From Ranitomeya imitator (lineage: Eukaryota): 64,000 nt of DNA. Both the position numbers and the translations under genes were made by a program. Shown here piece after piece: positions 38,910 through 51,217 of the stretch. Numbering within the stretch: the stretch's first letter is position 1; every line of letters starts with the position of its first letter. Below the pieces are notes generated by a model that did not search any database, was not told the DNA's origin, and was given only the letters and a program-made list of their open reading frames with translations. The stretch covers positions 172,112,001 to 172,176,000 of the forward strand of contig NC_091284.1 of assembly GCF_032444005.1 (NCBI RefSeq). The letters run 5' to 3'.

Positions 38910-39553
38910 TAGTGTTGAGCATTCCGATACCGCAAGTATCGGGTATCGGCCGATATTTGCGGTATCGGAATTCCGATACCGAGTTCCGATATTTTTGTGA
39001 TATCGGGAATCGGTATCGGGATTTAGATTAATGTGTAAAATAAAGCATAAAAATAAAAAATATTGATATACTTACCCTCGGACGGGCCCTGGTTGTCACC
39101 GCTGCAATCGCCATGTTTTCCTTCCTATGAATGAGCTTGTTAAGTACCTTCGATGACGTCGCGGCTTGTGATTGGTCGCGTGAGCGGTCACATGACCGCT
39201 CAGCGACCAATCACAAGCCGCGACGTCATCGAAGGTCATTAAAGCGCTCATTCTTAGGAAGAAAAGCATGGCGATTGCAGCGGTGACAACCAGGGCCCGT
39301 CCGAGGGTAAGTATATCAATATTTTTTATTTTTATTCTTTATTTTACACATTAATATGGATCCCAGGGCCTGAAGGAGAGTTTCCTCTCCTTCAGACCCT
39401 GGGAACCATTATGGATACCTTCCGATATTTGTGTCCCATTGACTTGTATTGGTATCGGATATCGGTATCGGCGATATCCGATATTTTTCTGATATCGGCC
39501 GATACCATCCGATACCGATACTTTCAAATATCGGACGGTATCGCTCAACACTA
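38910..39553. mobile_element. Palindromic hAT-type MITE inserted in DIRS ORF2
   Basis: TIRs TAGTGTTGAGC / GCTCAACACTA. 8-bp TSD CTTGTCTG (38902-38909 and 39554-39561). The interior is largely an inverted repeat. Confidence 0.93.
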
Positions 39554-40734
39554 CTTGTCTGTTTCTTGTTGCAAAAAGGTCTATCTCGGGAGTACCCCAT
39601 TTCTTGGTTATCATTGTGAAGATACGACGAATGAGTACCCACTCTCCTTGATGGAGAGTGTGACGGCTGAGGAAATCTGCCTTTGAATTGTTCACTCCTC
39701 TGATATGCAGTGCTGACAAAGATAGAAGATGCATCTCGGCCATAGATAGGATGTCGTCTGTTATAGATATTAGAGCTCCTGATCTTGTTCCTCCTTGATG
39801 GTTTATGTATGCAACAGATGTCATGTTGTCTGATAGTATTCTTGTGCGAGTTCCGTGTAACTGCGGAAGGAATTTACATATGGCATGATAGACAGCTTTT
39901 TGTTCCCTTTCATTAGATGAATCGTTTGACTCAATATTATAGACCATTGCCCTTAAACTATCTGGTCTTCTAGATGTGCCCTCCAACCCATAGGACTGGC
40001 GTCAGTAAAAATTGTTTTTGAAGGTTTAATTACCCAAGGGACCCCACTGACAAGGTGATTCGGTTCTAACCACCAGGAGAGGGACTCAATTACTTTTAAT
40101 GGAAGGTATAGACGGCTACCTAAATGGCCTGGTAATTTCCCTTCTTCCTGTAATATTGTATACTGCAACCGTCTAGTGTGGAATTGAGCCCATGGAACCG
40201 CTGGAATGCATGATGTAAAGGAACCTAGAAGGGACATACCTTCTCTGAGGGAGATTACAGGGTTATTAATTACTGATTGTACTTTATTTTTTATTGTTAA
40301 CTGTTTGGATTCTGGAAGGAAACACCTCTGCCATTCAGAGTCTAAGATAAGACCCAAGAATGTTTGATGGGTTGTTGGAGACAATCTGGATTTTTCCCAG
40401 TTAATCAACCATCCCATTTCCTGTAGGGATAAGATCGTATTAGATAGGGGCTGTTCACATTGTGAAGGGGAGTTTCCCACCACCAGAAGGTCATCTAAGT
40501 ATGGAACTATGAGGGTATCTTTTAATCTTAAGAATGACATCACTTCTGACATTAATTAAGTAAAGACTCTGGGAGCTATCGACAGTCCGAAGGGCATTGC
40601 TGTATATTGAAAATGACGTATTCGCCCCTTCATCATGATTGCCACACGCAGATACTGCTGATGTTCTATATAAATTGGTAGATGGTAATACGCATCTTTT
40701 AGGTCGAGGACTGTCATAAAGCACCCAGGGAACA

Positions 40735-41210
40735 AATCACTGCACACGTCAGGGAAAGTCAATTTTGCTGAAGTGAAAGTTTTTATTCAAGGTGCAAAAG
40801 TTGAAGACGTAACAAGGCAACAATTCTAATTCTAACGTTTCGGCCACACAGTGGCCTTGATCACAGAGTGGTGCCTTAGTAGTAGTCCGTATCGTATGTG
40901 TGGCCGAAACGTTAGAATTAGAATTGTTGCCAACGTTTCGGCCACACAGTGGCCTTGATCACAGAGTGGTGCCTTAGTAGTAGTCCAAATCGTATCGTAT
41001 GTGTGGCCGAAACGTTAGAATTAGAATTGTTGCCTTGTTACGTCTTCAACTTTTGCACCTTGAATAAAAACTTTCACTTCAGCAAAATTGACTTTCCCTG
41101 ACGTGTGCAGTGTTTTGTTTTCTTCAAGTATTGGGGGTCATCTGACTCCGTTCACTTGCACCGCCTACATCCCATCTACAGTCGAGTGCTAGCTCTTTGT
41201 TTACTCTACT
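40735..41210 (+). mobile_element. Short Penelope-type pLTR foldback insertion in the DIRS RT
   Basis: 19-bp TSD ATAAAGCACCCAGGGAACA (40716-40734 and 41211-41229). Perfect 113-bp inverted repeat (40738-40850 / 41000-41112). Hammerhead-like GGCC..GGCCGAAACG units and an AATAAA. Confidence 0.7.
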
Positions 41211-44200
41211 ATAAAGCACCCAGGGAACAGAAGTTTTACAGTAGATCTGATCAACTCCATCTTGAAGGTTTGGTTCTCTAAAAAGATATTCAATTTTTTT
41301 TAAGATTTACTATAGTTCTATATGATCCGTCAGGTTTTGGAATAAAAAATAAAGGGGAGTAAAAACCTTTTCCCCTCTGATGAACCGGGACTTCCACTAA
41401 TACATTTTTGGATAGGAGATTTATTATTTCCTACTCCAAAAAAAGTTGTTGAAATTGAGACTTTAAAGAATTCAACAGGAATGAGTCCGGAGGGACGCGG
41501 GCAAAACTTAATTTTAGGACTGAAATTATGAGGCTAGTTGCTGAAGAGTTGGAGGTTACCACACGCCATTGTGTGGAGAAAAAAGACAATCTACCACCTC
41601 ACTGGTAGATCAGTCCTAACGTTGTTTGTCTTCAATTTTAAATGGGTGTTTTCTGAAAAAAAGAACCTTTCTGTATGGTAACCTTATTGGCCCAGTGGTC
41701 TTGGTTTCTAAAATCCCTTCTCTTATTAAAAACGGGCTTCCAGAATGCTCCCTATAAGATGGAAAAAAGTTATTAGGGAACCCCTTTTTCCTTTCACCCG
41801 CTTTGGTTAGGATTTCATCTAGTTTTGTACCAAACAGGTACTCACCCTGGCATGGAAGGCCACATAATTTTGATTTTGTTTGGGCGTCTCCCTTCCAACC
41901 CTTTAGCCAAAGGGCCCGACGAGCCGTATTGGTTAGGCCTGCTGATTTGGCTGCTAACCGGATAGTCAGCAGATGAGTCCGCCAAAAACGCCGTAGCGTC
42001 TCTGATTAGGGGTAAAGAAGAGATCAGCTTATCTCTGGAGAGGCCACCTTTTAGACCTTCTACTAGGTCATTAAGCCAGACTAACATGGACCTTGCCGTA
42101 CATGTAGCTGATATAGCTGGTTTGAATGCCCCTGTACATGATTCCCATGCCCGATTTAACAGAGAGTCGGCTTTGCGATCCAGTGGGTCTTGTAAGGAAC
42201 CAGAATCGTCTACTGAAAGTAAGAATTTCTTGGACGTGGATGCAACCGCCGTGTCTACCATCGGGGCTTTGGCCCAGGTAGATATGTCCTTGTCCTTAAA
42301 GGGATAATATCTGTTTGATGAAGGCAGCCCTCTTTGCCCCTGGCTCTCCCATTCTTTTTTAACTAAATTTTTGATTGCTGTTATTACGGATAAGGTCTTT
42401 TCCTTTCTGACAATCCTGCGAAAATTATATCCTGTGGTGTTTTGGGGTCTTTAGTGTCCTTAATAACCATGGTGTCACATACAGATTTAACAAGATTATC
42501 AATGCTCTCTGTTGGAAAGCTTGTATCTTGTTCACCTTCCGAGGAAATATATTCCTGGGAAACATCCGTATCTTCATTATCAGTAGAATAGTCTGGTTTT
42601 GGTGAATTATACTTCCTGCTTTTACTTTCAGGAATACTTTCTGAACTACGTAAGGCCCGTAATTCGTCCCTGATCATCTGTCTGATGTCATCTGGTCTTA
42701 CTGAGGATTCCTCACGTAAGGTGTTTTCAATACAAATATAACACATTCTTTTTGTATGATTATCCGGGAGGGGCTGGGTACATAAGGCACACTGTTTCTT
42801 TGATTTTTCGGATCTTTTTGCCTAGGGTGCATAGAGAAAAGAGGGGGCAACAATCAGCTTAATAGGGTGGGATACACACTCACCCCAGTGAAGCAGTCGA
42901 ACAAGGTACTGGCTGGAGAGGAGGAGATGAAGGCACAGGCTGAGAGGAGGATCGGTTGGATCTTTTCTTTTTAGTGCTTTTTGTGGAGGATCTGCTCTGC
43001 TTGGATCGTCCACGGCTTGTGCTGCTGCGAGGTACATTAGCTTTGTCTTCTAACGAAGGCACCGCTGAGTCCTGAGGTGAAGCCATGCTTGGACGCCGGG
43101 AGATCTGCGCTGGCGTCCTTTACCCTGGAGGCCGCCATCTTCTTCCTGTTGTACCTGGAAGTCTTCATCACTTCCGGGTAGCGGCCATCTTGCGTGTGTC
43201 TGCGCACTGCCTGGCATCATCTCTCCCCTCCACTCACCCCTGAAGCTTTTGCTTTACTTCTGGGGGAGCAAATACCAGGCTCCACACTCGCACGTACCGC
43301 CGAGCGTGGTGTCGTGCTTACCCAGGTGCTTTTCTGCCCGCCGCAGGCCCGCCGAAGAGTCTCCTTCCTCCGTGAGCCAGGCGACTCCCCGATCCTGGCC
43401 TCACTGTGCCTGTCAGCAGAGGGGGGAAGCTGACATCAGGACCCCTGACGCTGCTTCCAGCACTGGAGCCCCTGCCGTCCTCTAAGGTAAACCGCGCAGG
43501 CGGCGTCCAGGCCAGGTATCCTCTTCTCCACGGGTTCCCTTAGGAACAGGAAACCAACTGTGGGAGCGAGGGGGACTGCCCCTTTTATTCTCTCCATAGG
43601 GTTTCCTGTTCCTAGGGGCGGATCCCCTCTCTCAAGTGGGTGCTGTCATGGCAAAGAGAAAAGAGGGAGTTGATATAGGAGCTGCCCCTCAGCAATAGGA
43701 AGCAACACTGGTGCACACTCAAACCCTAATAAAAGCAGGGTAGGTGTGACCGCGCGTACCCGAAGCACAAACAGAAACTGTGGCTTAGGGCACCTGGCAG
43801 TGACTGCTAGCCTGGACACACGTGGAAAGTCATGCACCAGCTGCACGGGACCTCGCAAGCCGTGGCTACCTTCCACAGCGGCAGCCAGGGACCGCACATG
43901 CGAGTGGCTATGCAGCAGAGCAAAAACATCACAGGACATGTACAGCTACGCAGCGGTGGCAGGGAACTGAGCAGCGTCTATACAGGTAACAGACAACAGT
44001 ATCCCTGCACATTAGGGGGAGAGGAGCAAGGGTTAAAGCAGAGACATGCAGAGTAATGCCGAAGAAACAAGGTATAAACCCCACGGCGTTAGTTATCCCC
44101 TCCTCATGCCCCCTCTGCTGAAGACCCAAAAACAGTTTCAGAGAAAATTCTTTTAGGTTAGGCAGTAAGGCCCACAGTTCACAATATGGCAGCAGAGTTC

Positions 44201-45540
44201 ATAGCTCAAACAATCCAGACCGCTGACCAAGCGCTGGATTGAGCAATATAGTCCACTATCTGGTGGGATCCGAGCAGTCTAATCCACTGACGAAATGGGG
44301 CTCGGGAAAGTTCTGCAGTCCACACATGCTCAGCGGAGTCCATGGCCAGAGCATTCTGTTACAGCAGCGACCGCAGACGTGGCTGAGCTGACGCCTCCAC
44401 GTCGCCTGACCATGACTACGTGGGCGAGCGTCCCAAGAAGGAATGCAATGTGGACCCACTGGACCACATAGAGTATGTGTATGAAAGCACAGTACATAAC
44501 ATAATGATGTCAGGATCCCGATTCCACATGTCTAGGAAGAGTACACGTCTCAGACGTCAGACGATGGCAGGAGTCATCACGGGTTGATGCAGTCCAGTCA
44601 TCTGGCACGGGCTTACTAGGACAGCCTCTCTCTCAGGCGTAGCACAGGCTCAGTAGGAGAACATCAGACACTGATCCCGGAAGGACGTCGTCATAGGGTG
44701 AACCTCAGGACATCAGGACACAGACAGGACATCAGGACACAGGCAGGACATCAGGACACAGGCAGGACACCTTGGACAGACGTCAGACGATGGCAGCAGT
44801 CATCATGGGTTGATGCAGTCCAGGGTCATCTGGCACAGGCTTACTAGAACGGCCTCTCTTTCAGGCCTCAGGCATAGCACAGGCTCAGCAGGAGAATATC
44901 AGACACCTATCCCAGAAGGATGTCATCACATGGTGGACCTCAGGCCATCAGGACACAGGCAGGACATCAGGACACAGGCAGAACATCGAACACTGGATAG
45001 ACATCTGGGATGCTGGCGTGGCAGCCCAGGTCATCAGCTGGGACACTGGCGTGACAACCCAGGACATCAGGACATCGGACACAGGAAGGACATCAGGACA
45101 AAAGCAGGACATCAGGTCATAGGCAGGACATCAGGACACAAGCAGGACATCAGGACACAGGCAGGACATCGGACACTGGAAAGATATCTGGGACACTGGC
45201 GTGGCAGCCCAGGTCATGGGCTGGGACACTGGCGTGGCAGCCCAGAGCATCAGGAGCATAACACAAAGGACACAGTTCAGACAGATTTTTTGGCCGTGCA
45301 TAAAGAGCAAAAAGCAGAAATTAAATTTTATATTTATTAAGATTATGCTTATGTGTTCTTAAGTGAAAATGTTGCATTTAATATAAACATAGCCAAGGTC
45401 AGGCCGGGGTACCATAAGGCCACCCTATGGCATGGCTTGCGGTGCAACAGTCAGAGGAAATAACCAAATATTTACAAACTTTTCAGTATTATTTTGAAAC
45501 GGCTACATAAAATGTTGTTTTTTAAATTTACATCCATATA

Positions 45541-47946
45541 CAGTGGGTACAGAAAGTATTCATACCCCTTTACATTTTTCACACTTTGTTTCATTGCTGT
45601 CAATTGGTAAATTTTAAAAAGTTCATTTTTTTCCCATTAATGTACACTCCGCACCCCATTTTGATTGAAAAAACCCATAAATGTAGAAAAGTTTGCAAAT
45701 GTATTAAAAAAGAAAAACTGAAATATCACATGGTGATAAGTATTCAGACCCTTTGCTCAGTGTTGAGCAGAAGCACCCTTTTGAGCTAGTACAGCCATGA
45801 ATCTTCTTGGGAATGACTCAACAAGTTTTTCACACCTGGATTTGGGGATCTTCTGCCATTCTTCCTTACAGATCCTTAGTGGAGCACACTTGGACTGGGT
45901 CGCGGTTAGTAGTGGGGTACCACAGGGGTCCGTATTGGGCCCTCTTCTTTTCAACACATTTATTAATGACCTTGTAGGGGGTATACAGAGCAGAATTTCA
46001 ATATTTGCAGATGACACTAAACTCTGCAGGGTAATCAATACAGAGGAGGACAACTTTATATTACAGGATGATTTATGTAAACTAGAAGCTGGGGCTGATA
46101 AATGGCAAATGAGCTTTAATGGGGATAAATGTAAGGTCATGCACTTGGGTAGAAGTAATAAGATGTATAACTATGTGCTTAATTGTAAAACACTGGGCAA
46201 AACCGTCAATGAAAAAGACCTGGGAGTATGGGTGGATGACAAACTCACATTTAGTGGCCAGTGTCAGGCAGCTGCTAAAAAGGCAAATAAAATAATGGGA
46301 TGCATTAAAAGAGGCATAGATACTCATGAGGAGATCATAATTTTACCTCTATACAAGTCACTAGTTCGACCACACTTAAAATACTGTGTACAGTTCTGGT
46401 CTCCGGTGTATAAGAAAGACATAGCTGAACTAGAACGGGTGCAGAGAAGAGCGACCAAGGTTATTAGAGGACTGGGGGGTCTGCAATACCAAGATTGATT
46501 ATTACACTTGGGGCTTTTTAGTTTGGAAAAACGAAGGCTAAGGGGTGATCTTATTTTAATGTATAAATATATGAGGGGACAGTACAAAGACCTTTCCGAT
46601 GATCTTTTTAATCATAGACCTTAGACAGTGACAAGGGGGCATCCTCTACGTCTGGAGGAAAGAAGGTTTAAGCATAATAACAGACGCGGATTCTTTACTG
46701 TAAGAGCAGTGAGACTATGGAACTCTCTGCCATATGATGTTGTAATGAGTGATTCATTACTAAAATTTAAGAGGGGACTGGATGCCTTTCTTGAAAAGTA
46801 TTATGTTACAGGCTATATATGTTAGATTCCTTGATAGTGCGTTGATCCAGGGAACTAGTCTGATTGCCGTATGTGGAGTTGGGAAGAAATTTTTTTTCCC
46901 CAATGTGGAGCTTACTCTTTGCCACATGGTTTTTTTTGCCTTCCTCTGGATCAACATATTAGGGCATGTTAGGTTAGGCTATGGGTTGAACTAGATGGAC
47001 TAAAAGTCTTCCTTAAACCTTTATAACTATGTTACTATGTTTTCTCCACACATACCCCTTAGAGTTATTACCAAAAATGTCTATCTTCATCTCAACAGAT
47101 CAGATAATCTTATTTCTCAGTCTGGGAGTCCTTCATGTGTTTTTTTTTTAGCAAACTCTATGTGGGCTTTCATATGTCTTTCACTGAAGAGAGGCTTCTG
47201 TCGGGCCACTTTGCCATAAAGGCCCGACTGGTGGAGGGATGCAGTGATAGTTGACTTTGTGGAACTTTCTCCCTTCTCCCTATTGCATCTCTGGAGATCA
47301 GCCACAGTGATCTTGGGGTTCTTCTTTACGTCTCTCACCAAGGCTCTTCTCCCACGATTGCTCAGTTTGGCTGGATGGCGAGGTGTAGGAAGACTTCTGG
47401 TGGTCCCAAACTTCTTCCATGTAAGGATTATGGGGGCCAATGTGCTCTTAGGAACCTTGAGTACTGCAGAAATTCTGTTGTATCCATGGCCAGATCTGTG
47501 CTTTGCCACAATTCTGTCACTGGGCTCCTTGGCCAGTTCCTTTGACCCCATGATTCTCATTTGGTCTGACATGCACAGTGAGGTGTGAGGTCTTATATAG
47601 ACAGGTGTGTGCCTTTCCAAGTCAATTCCTATCAGTTTAATTAAACACAGCTGGACTCCAATGATGGAGTATAACCATCTCAAGGAGGATCACGAGGAAA
47701 TGGACAGCATGAGACTTAAATTTGAGTGTCTGAGCAAAGAGTCTGAATACTTATGACCATATGATATTTCAGTTTTCTTTTTTAATAAATATGCAAAAAT
47801 GTCTACGTTTCTGTTTATTTTCAGTCAAGATGGGGTGCAGAGTGTACATTAATGAGAAAAAAATGAACTTTTTTGAATTTACCAAATTGCTGCAATGAAA
47901 CAGAGTGAAAAATTTATAGGGGTCTGAATACTTTCCATACCCACTG
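45541..47946 (-). mobile_element. Tc1/mariner element with long TIRs; transposase defective
   Basis: TA|CAGTGGGTA...TACCCACTG|TA. The minus-strand N-terminus reads MGSKEL..RIVAKHRSG..KVPKST..KFGTTRSL; the C-terminus reads ICKEEWQKIPKSRCEKLVES. Confidence 0.93.
45878..47040 (+). mobile_element. 5'-truncated, degraded CR1 (different subfamily) inside the Tc1
   Basis: SGVPQGSVLGP, FADDTKL, LVRPHLKYCVQFW; (TTACTATG)-type tail ending at ~47040. Confidence 0.92.
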
Positions 47947-47959
47947 TATATATACATGT

Positions 47960-48610
47960 AAAAAGTAATTCTGGTGTTTTGACTTTTTTTTATCACTACG
48001 CCGTTTAGTGATCAGGTTAATCCTTTTTTTATTGATAGATTGGTTAATTCTGAACACGGCCATACCAAATATGTGTGGGCTTGATTCTTTTTTATCGTTT
48101 TAGTTTGAATGGGGCAAAAGGGGGGTGATTTAAACTTTTATTTTTTTTAAAACATTTTTTTTACTTTTGCCATGCTTCAATAGTCTCCATAGGAGACTAG
48201 AAGCTGGCATAACTTGATCGGCTCAGCTACATAGAGGCGATGTTCAGATCGTCTCTATGTAGCTGAATTACTGAGCTGCTATCAGCGCAGACCACTGGGT
48301 GGTGCTCATAGCAATCCCACACTGACAGCCATAGAGGTCTCAAAGAGACCTCTGGTTGTCATACTGATGCACCGATGTCACCCGATCATGTGACTGGGGT
48401 CACGGATGTGCATATTTCTGGCCCGATGGCCGTAAGCATGATTTAAATGCCGCTTTCAGAGTTTGACATCAACATTTAGCTAGTTAATAGGCGCAGGTGG
48501 ATCAAAACAGCTGACATGTCCCGGCTTAGATGTAGGCTCACCACCGGAGCCCACATCAAAGCGGGGAATACTGGCAGCGGCATATTAGTACGTCTGATGT
48601 CAGTAAGGGG
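47960..48610 (+). mobile_element. Right end of a TTAA-type (piggyBac-like) non-autonomous element
   Basis: Ends GTCAGTAAGGGG|TTAA. 47975-48150 resembles 14350-14520. Confidence 0.6.
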
Positions 48611-48659
48611 TTAAATAAATGGTCTTTACAGACAGTCTGGATTCAGCAAGATTGGAGAG

Positions 48660-51213
48660 AGGAGTCGGCTCAAGTGGCTTTGTGTCTGCATCGTCCGGAT
48701 CTGAATAAACAGTTCTTGCTTGAGGTGGACGCATCCTCATTAGGGGCTGGAGCTGTGCTTATGCAGAAGTCCTCCTTGGGTCTCTGCGTGTCCTGCGGCT
48801 TCTTATCCAAGGCCTTCTCCACTTCTGAACGGAAATATTACATTGGGGACTGGGAATTGCTCGCCGTTAAGATGGCTCTGGGGAAGTGGCATTACCTGCT
48901 GGGCGCAGATATTATCCAGTAGTGATCTACACGGACAATAAGAATCTGGCATATCTCCAGTCCGCTCAGAGACTAAATCCTCGCCAAGCCAGGAGGTCTT
49001 TGTTTTTTGTCTGCTTTAACTTTCTTTTGCATTTTAGATCCGGTGACAAGAATATCAGAGCTGATGCCCTTTCTCTCTCATTTCTGTCTGGGGACCAAGA
49101 GGAGGATCCTCAATTTATCACTGAACCCTCTAAGATGGTTACGGTCACCCCTATCTGCCTGTCGCAAGTTCCTCCACCATTGTGGGTGAATCTGAGAAGG
49201 AGCGAGTTTTGTCTTGGGGTCACTCCTCCAAGGTGGCTGGTCACGCGGGACAAAGGAGGACATTACAATTGATCTCTTGTCATTACTGGTGGCCATCCAT
49301 TAGGAAGGAGATCTATGTCTATGTGGATGCCTGTCCGACGTGTGCCCGCAATAAAATTCCTAGACAATTTTCTACCGGTCCTCTCCTGCCACTGCCTGTA
49401 TCATCCGTTCCTTGGCAGCACATTATGGATTTGCCAGTTTCTGAGGGTTGCACCGTGATCTGGGAGGTCATGGATCGCTTCTCTAAAATGACGCATTTTA
49501 CCCCATTGTCTGCTCTTCCGTCCTTTCCTGAATTGGCCGTCAGCTTCATTAAGCATATTTTCTGCCTGCCTGGATTTCCTCGCCCAATCGAGTTTACTTC
49601 CAGATTCTGGCGAGCACTCTATAAACATTTGGATTTTGTCTTGGACTTCTCCTCGGCTTATCACCCTCAGTCCAATGGACAAGTGAAGTGTGTCAACCAG
49701 GTCCTGGGCAACTACCTGCGACACTTCATCAATGCCCACCATAATGATTGGGTGAAATTACTTCCCTGGGCTGAGTTCTTGTATAACAATCTATGGCAAG
49801 TTGTCATTCTGCATTGTGTTCGGTCGGCAACCCAAGATTCCTCTTCCAGTGATGGTTCCTTCTGATGTTCCTGTAGCAGATGTCCTTTCCAAGGATTTTG
49901 TGAAGATGTGGGAGGACACCAGAGTCACGTTAGAAGTGTCCTCGGTTCTATGAAGAGACATGAAGACAAGAGGTGTCTGGACCTTCTGTGCTTCCATTGT
50001 GGAGACAAGGTATTGCTTTCATCCAGGTACGTCTGGCTGAAGATCCCTTCTTACAAGTTGGGTCCTCATTTTATCGGGCCTTTCGAGGTGTTGAAGCGGA
50101 TTAATGAGGTCTCCTATAACTTGAAGCTGCCTCCTTCTCTGCGGATTCCAAATTCCTTTCATGTATCCCTACTGAAGCCAGTCATCCTAAGTCCCTTCTT
50201 CAAGGATCCCAGTACCACACCCATGCCAACAGCCTCGGATGATGTTTTTGAAGTGGAGAACATCTTGGCCATGAAGAAGGTGAGAGGCAAGACCTTCTTC
50301 CTTGTTGACTGGAAGGGATTTGGTCCTGGAGAGATGTCCTGGCAGCCCAAGAAGAATATCCACGCTCCGATTCTTCTCCGGAACTTCATCGATGGCCTGA
50401 AGAGGAGGGGGCGTAAAGGGTGGGTATTGTTAGCATCACGCTGGCTTCCTGGCATGTCAGTTCATTCACCTGTGCTGCAGTTGGTCCCCCTCCCTCTCAT
50501 GCTTCGCATGCTCCCAGCAGCATTTCCAGCCGGGCCTCTGGACATGTTCTAAGGGTGCACAAGTGCACGCTCTCACCCTCTTAAAGGTCCAGCGCATGCA
50601 CTTGCTATTTCCTCCCCAGCCAATGGTTTTGAGGCATTATCAATATATTGCTTCCTCTCCACTGAGGAGGTGCCTGAGCAACCTTCCTGTTACAGTCTGT
50701 TGTGTAAAATTGCATACCAGTGCAAATCCTGCTTACTGTACTCTTAACTACAAATCCTGCCTGCAGTACTCTAAGTACCAATCCTGCCTGCTGTACTCCA
50801 AGAGCAAATCCTGCTTGCTGCACTCCATAGCAAATCCTGCTTGCTGCACTCAGAAGTCAATCCTGCATTCTGCACTAAGAAGCAAATCTTGCTTGTTGCA
50901 CTCAGAAGCCAATCCTGCATGCTGCACTCAGAAGCAAATCCTCCTTGCTGCACTCAGTAGCAAATGCTAGCTGCATTCAGACGCAAACTCTGTCTCTGAT
51001 ACAAGCTCTGCCTGCTGCTCCACCCAGTCTGTCTTTCGGGTCCAGCTGCTGCGCAACCGTTGGTCTGCCCTTGAGTGGTACCTGGCATTCATCGGGAGCC
51101 AAGACTAACCTCACCATCAGAGGCTCTAGTGAATAGTCAGGTGATCGCTTAGTCGCCCCTCCAGGCTCTCCACGGTCCGTGGTACAGTGGTTCCACAAAC
51201 CTCATTCGTGACA
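48660..51213 (+). mobile_element. Degenerate, 5'-truncated Gypsy chromovirus (RNase H, integrase, chromodomain) with its 3' LTR at ~50428-51213
   Basis: [61 protein letters not shown] purine tract precedes TGTTAG, and the LTR ends GTGACA. Confidence 0.88.
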
Positions 51214-51217
51214 GTCA

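Larger units (their letters stand above)
37176..43662 (-). mobile_element. Second DIRS1-like retrotransposon (different family, more degraded)
   Basis: ITRs ~37176-37312 and ~43548-43662, ICR ~37460-37550. Gag pieces 41842-43086; RT (LDLKDAYYH, MPFG, YLDDLLV); RNase H (TDASPMGW); MT-like (IDLFATR, AYAFPP); YR (SARRVGDIQAL). Confidence 0.92.
36063..45290 (-). mobile_element. Non-autonomous twin-LTR element: 3' LTR 36063-43998 (split by DIRS), ~360-bp non-coding interior, truncated 5' LTR 44357-~45290
   Basis: Two diverged copies both start TGTTAC on the plus strand and share CAGGACATCAGGACAC repeats. The 3' LTR starts TGTTGTC after GGGATAC on the minus strand. A PBS-like 12-mer lies next to the 44357 copy. 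Confidence 0.7.

Noticed and set aside
40834-41035. Repeat-spacer-like arrangement suggestive of CRISPR
   Set aside because: Only two units with near-identical 'spacers', in a eukaryotic context with no cas genes. It is explained by duplication within a PLE foldback.
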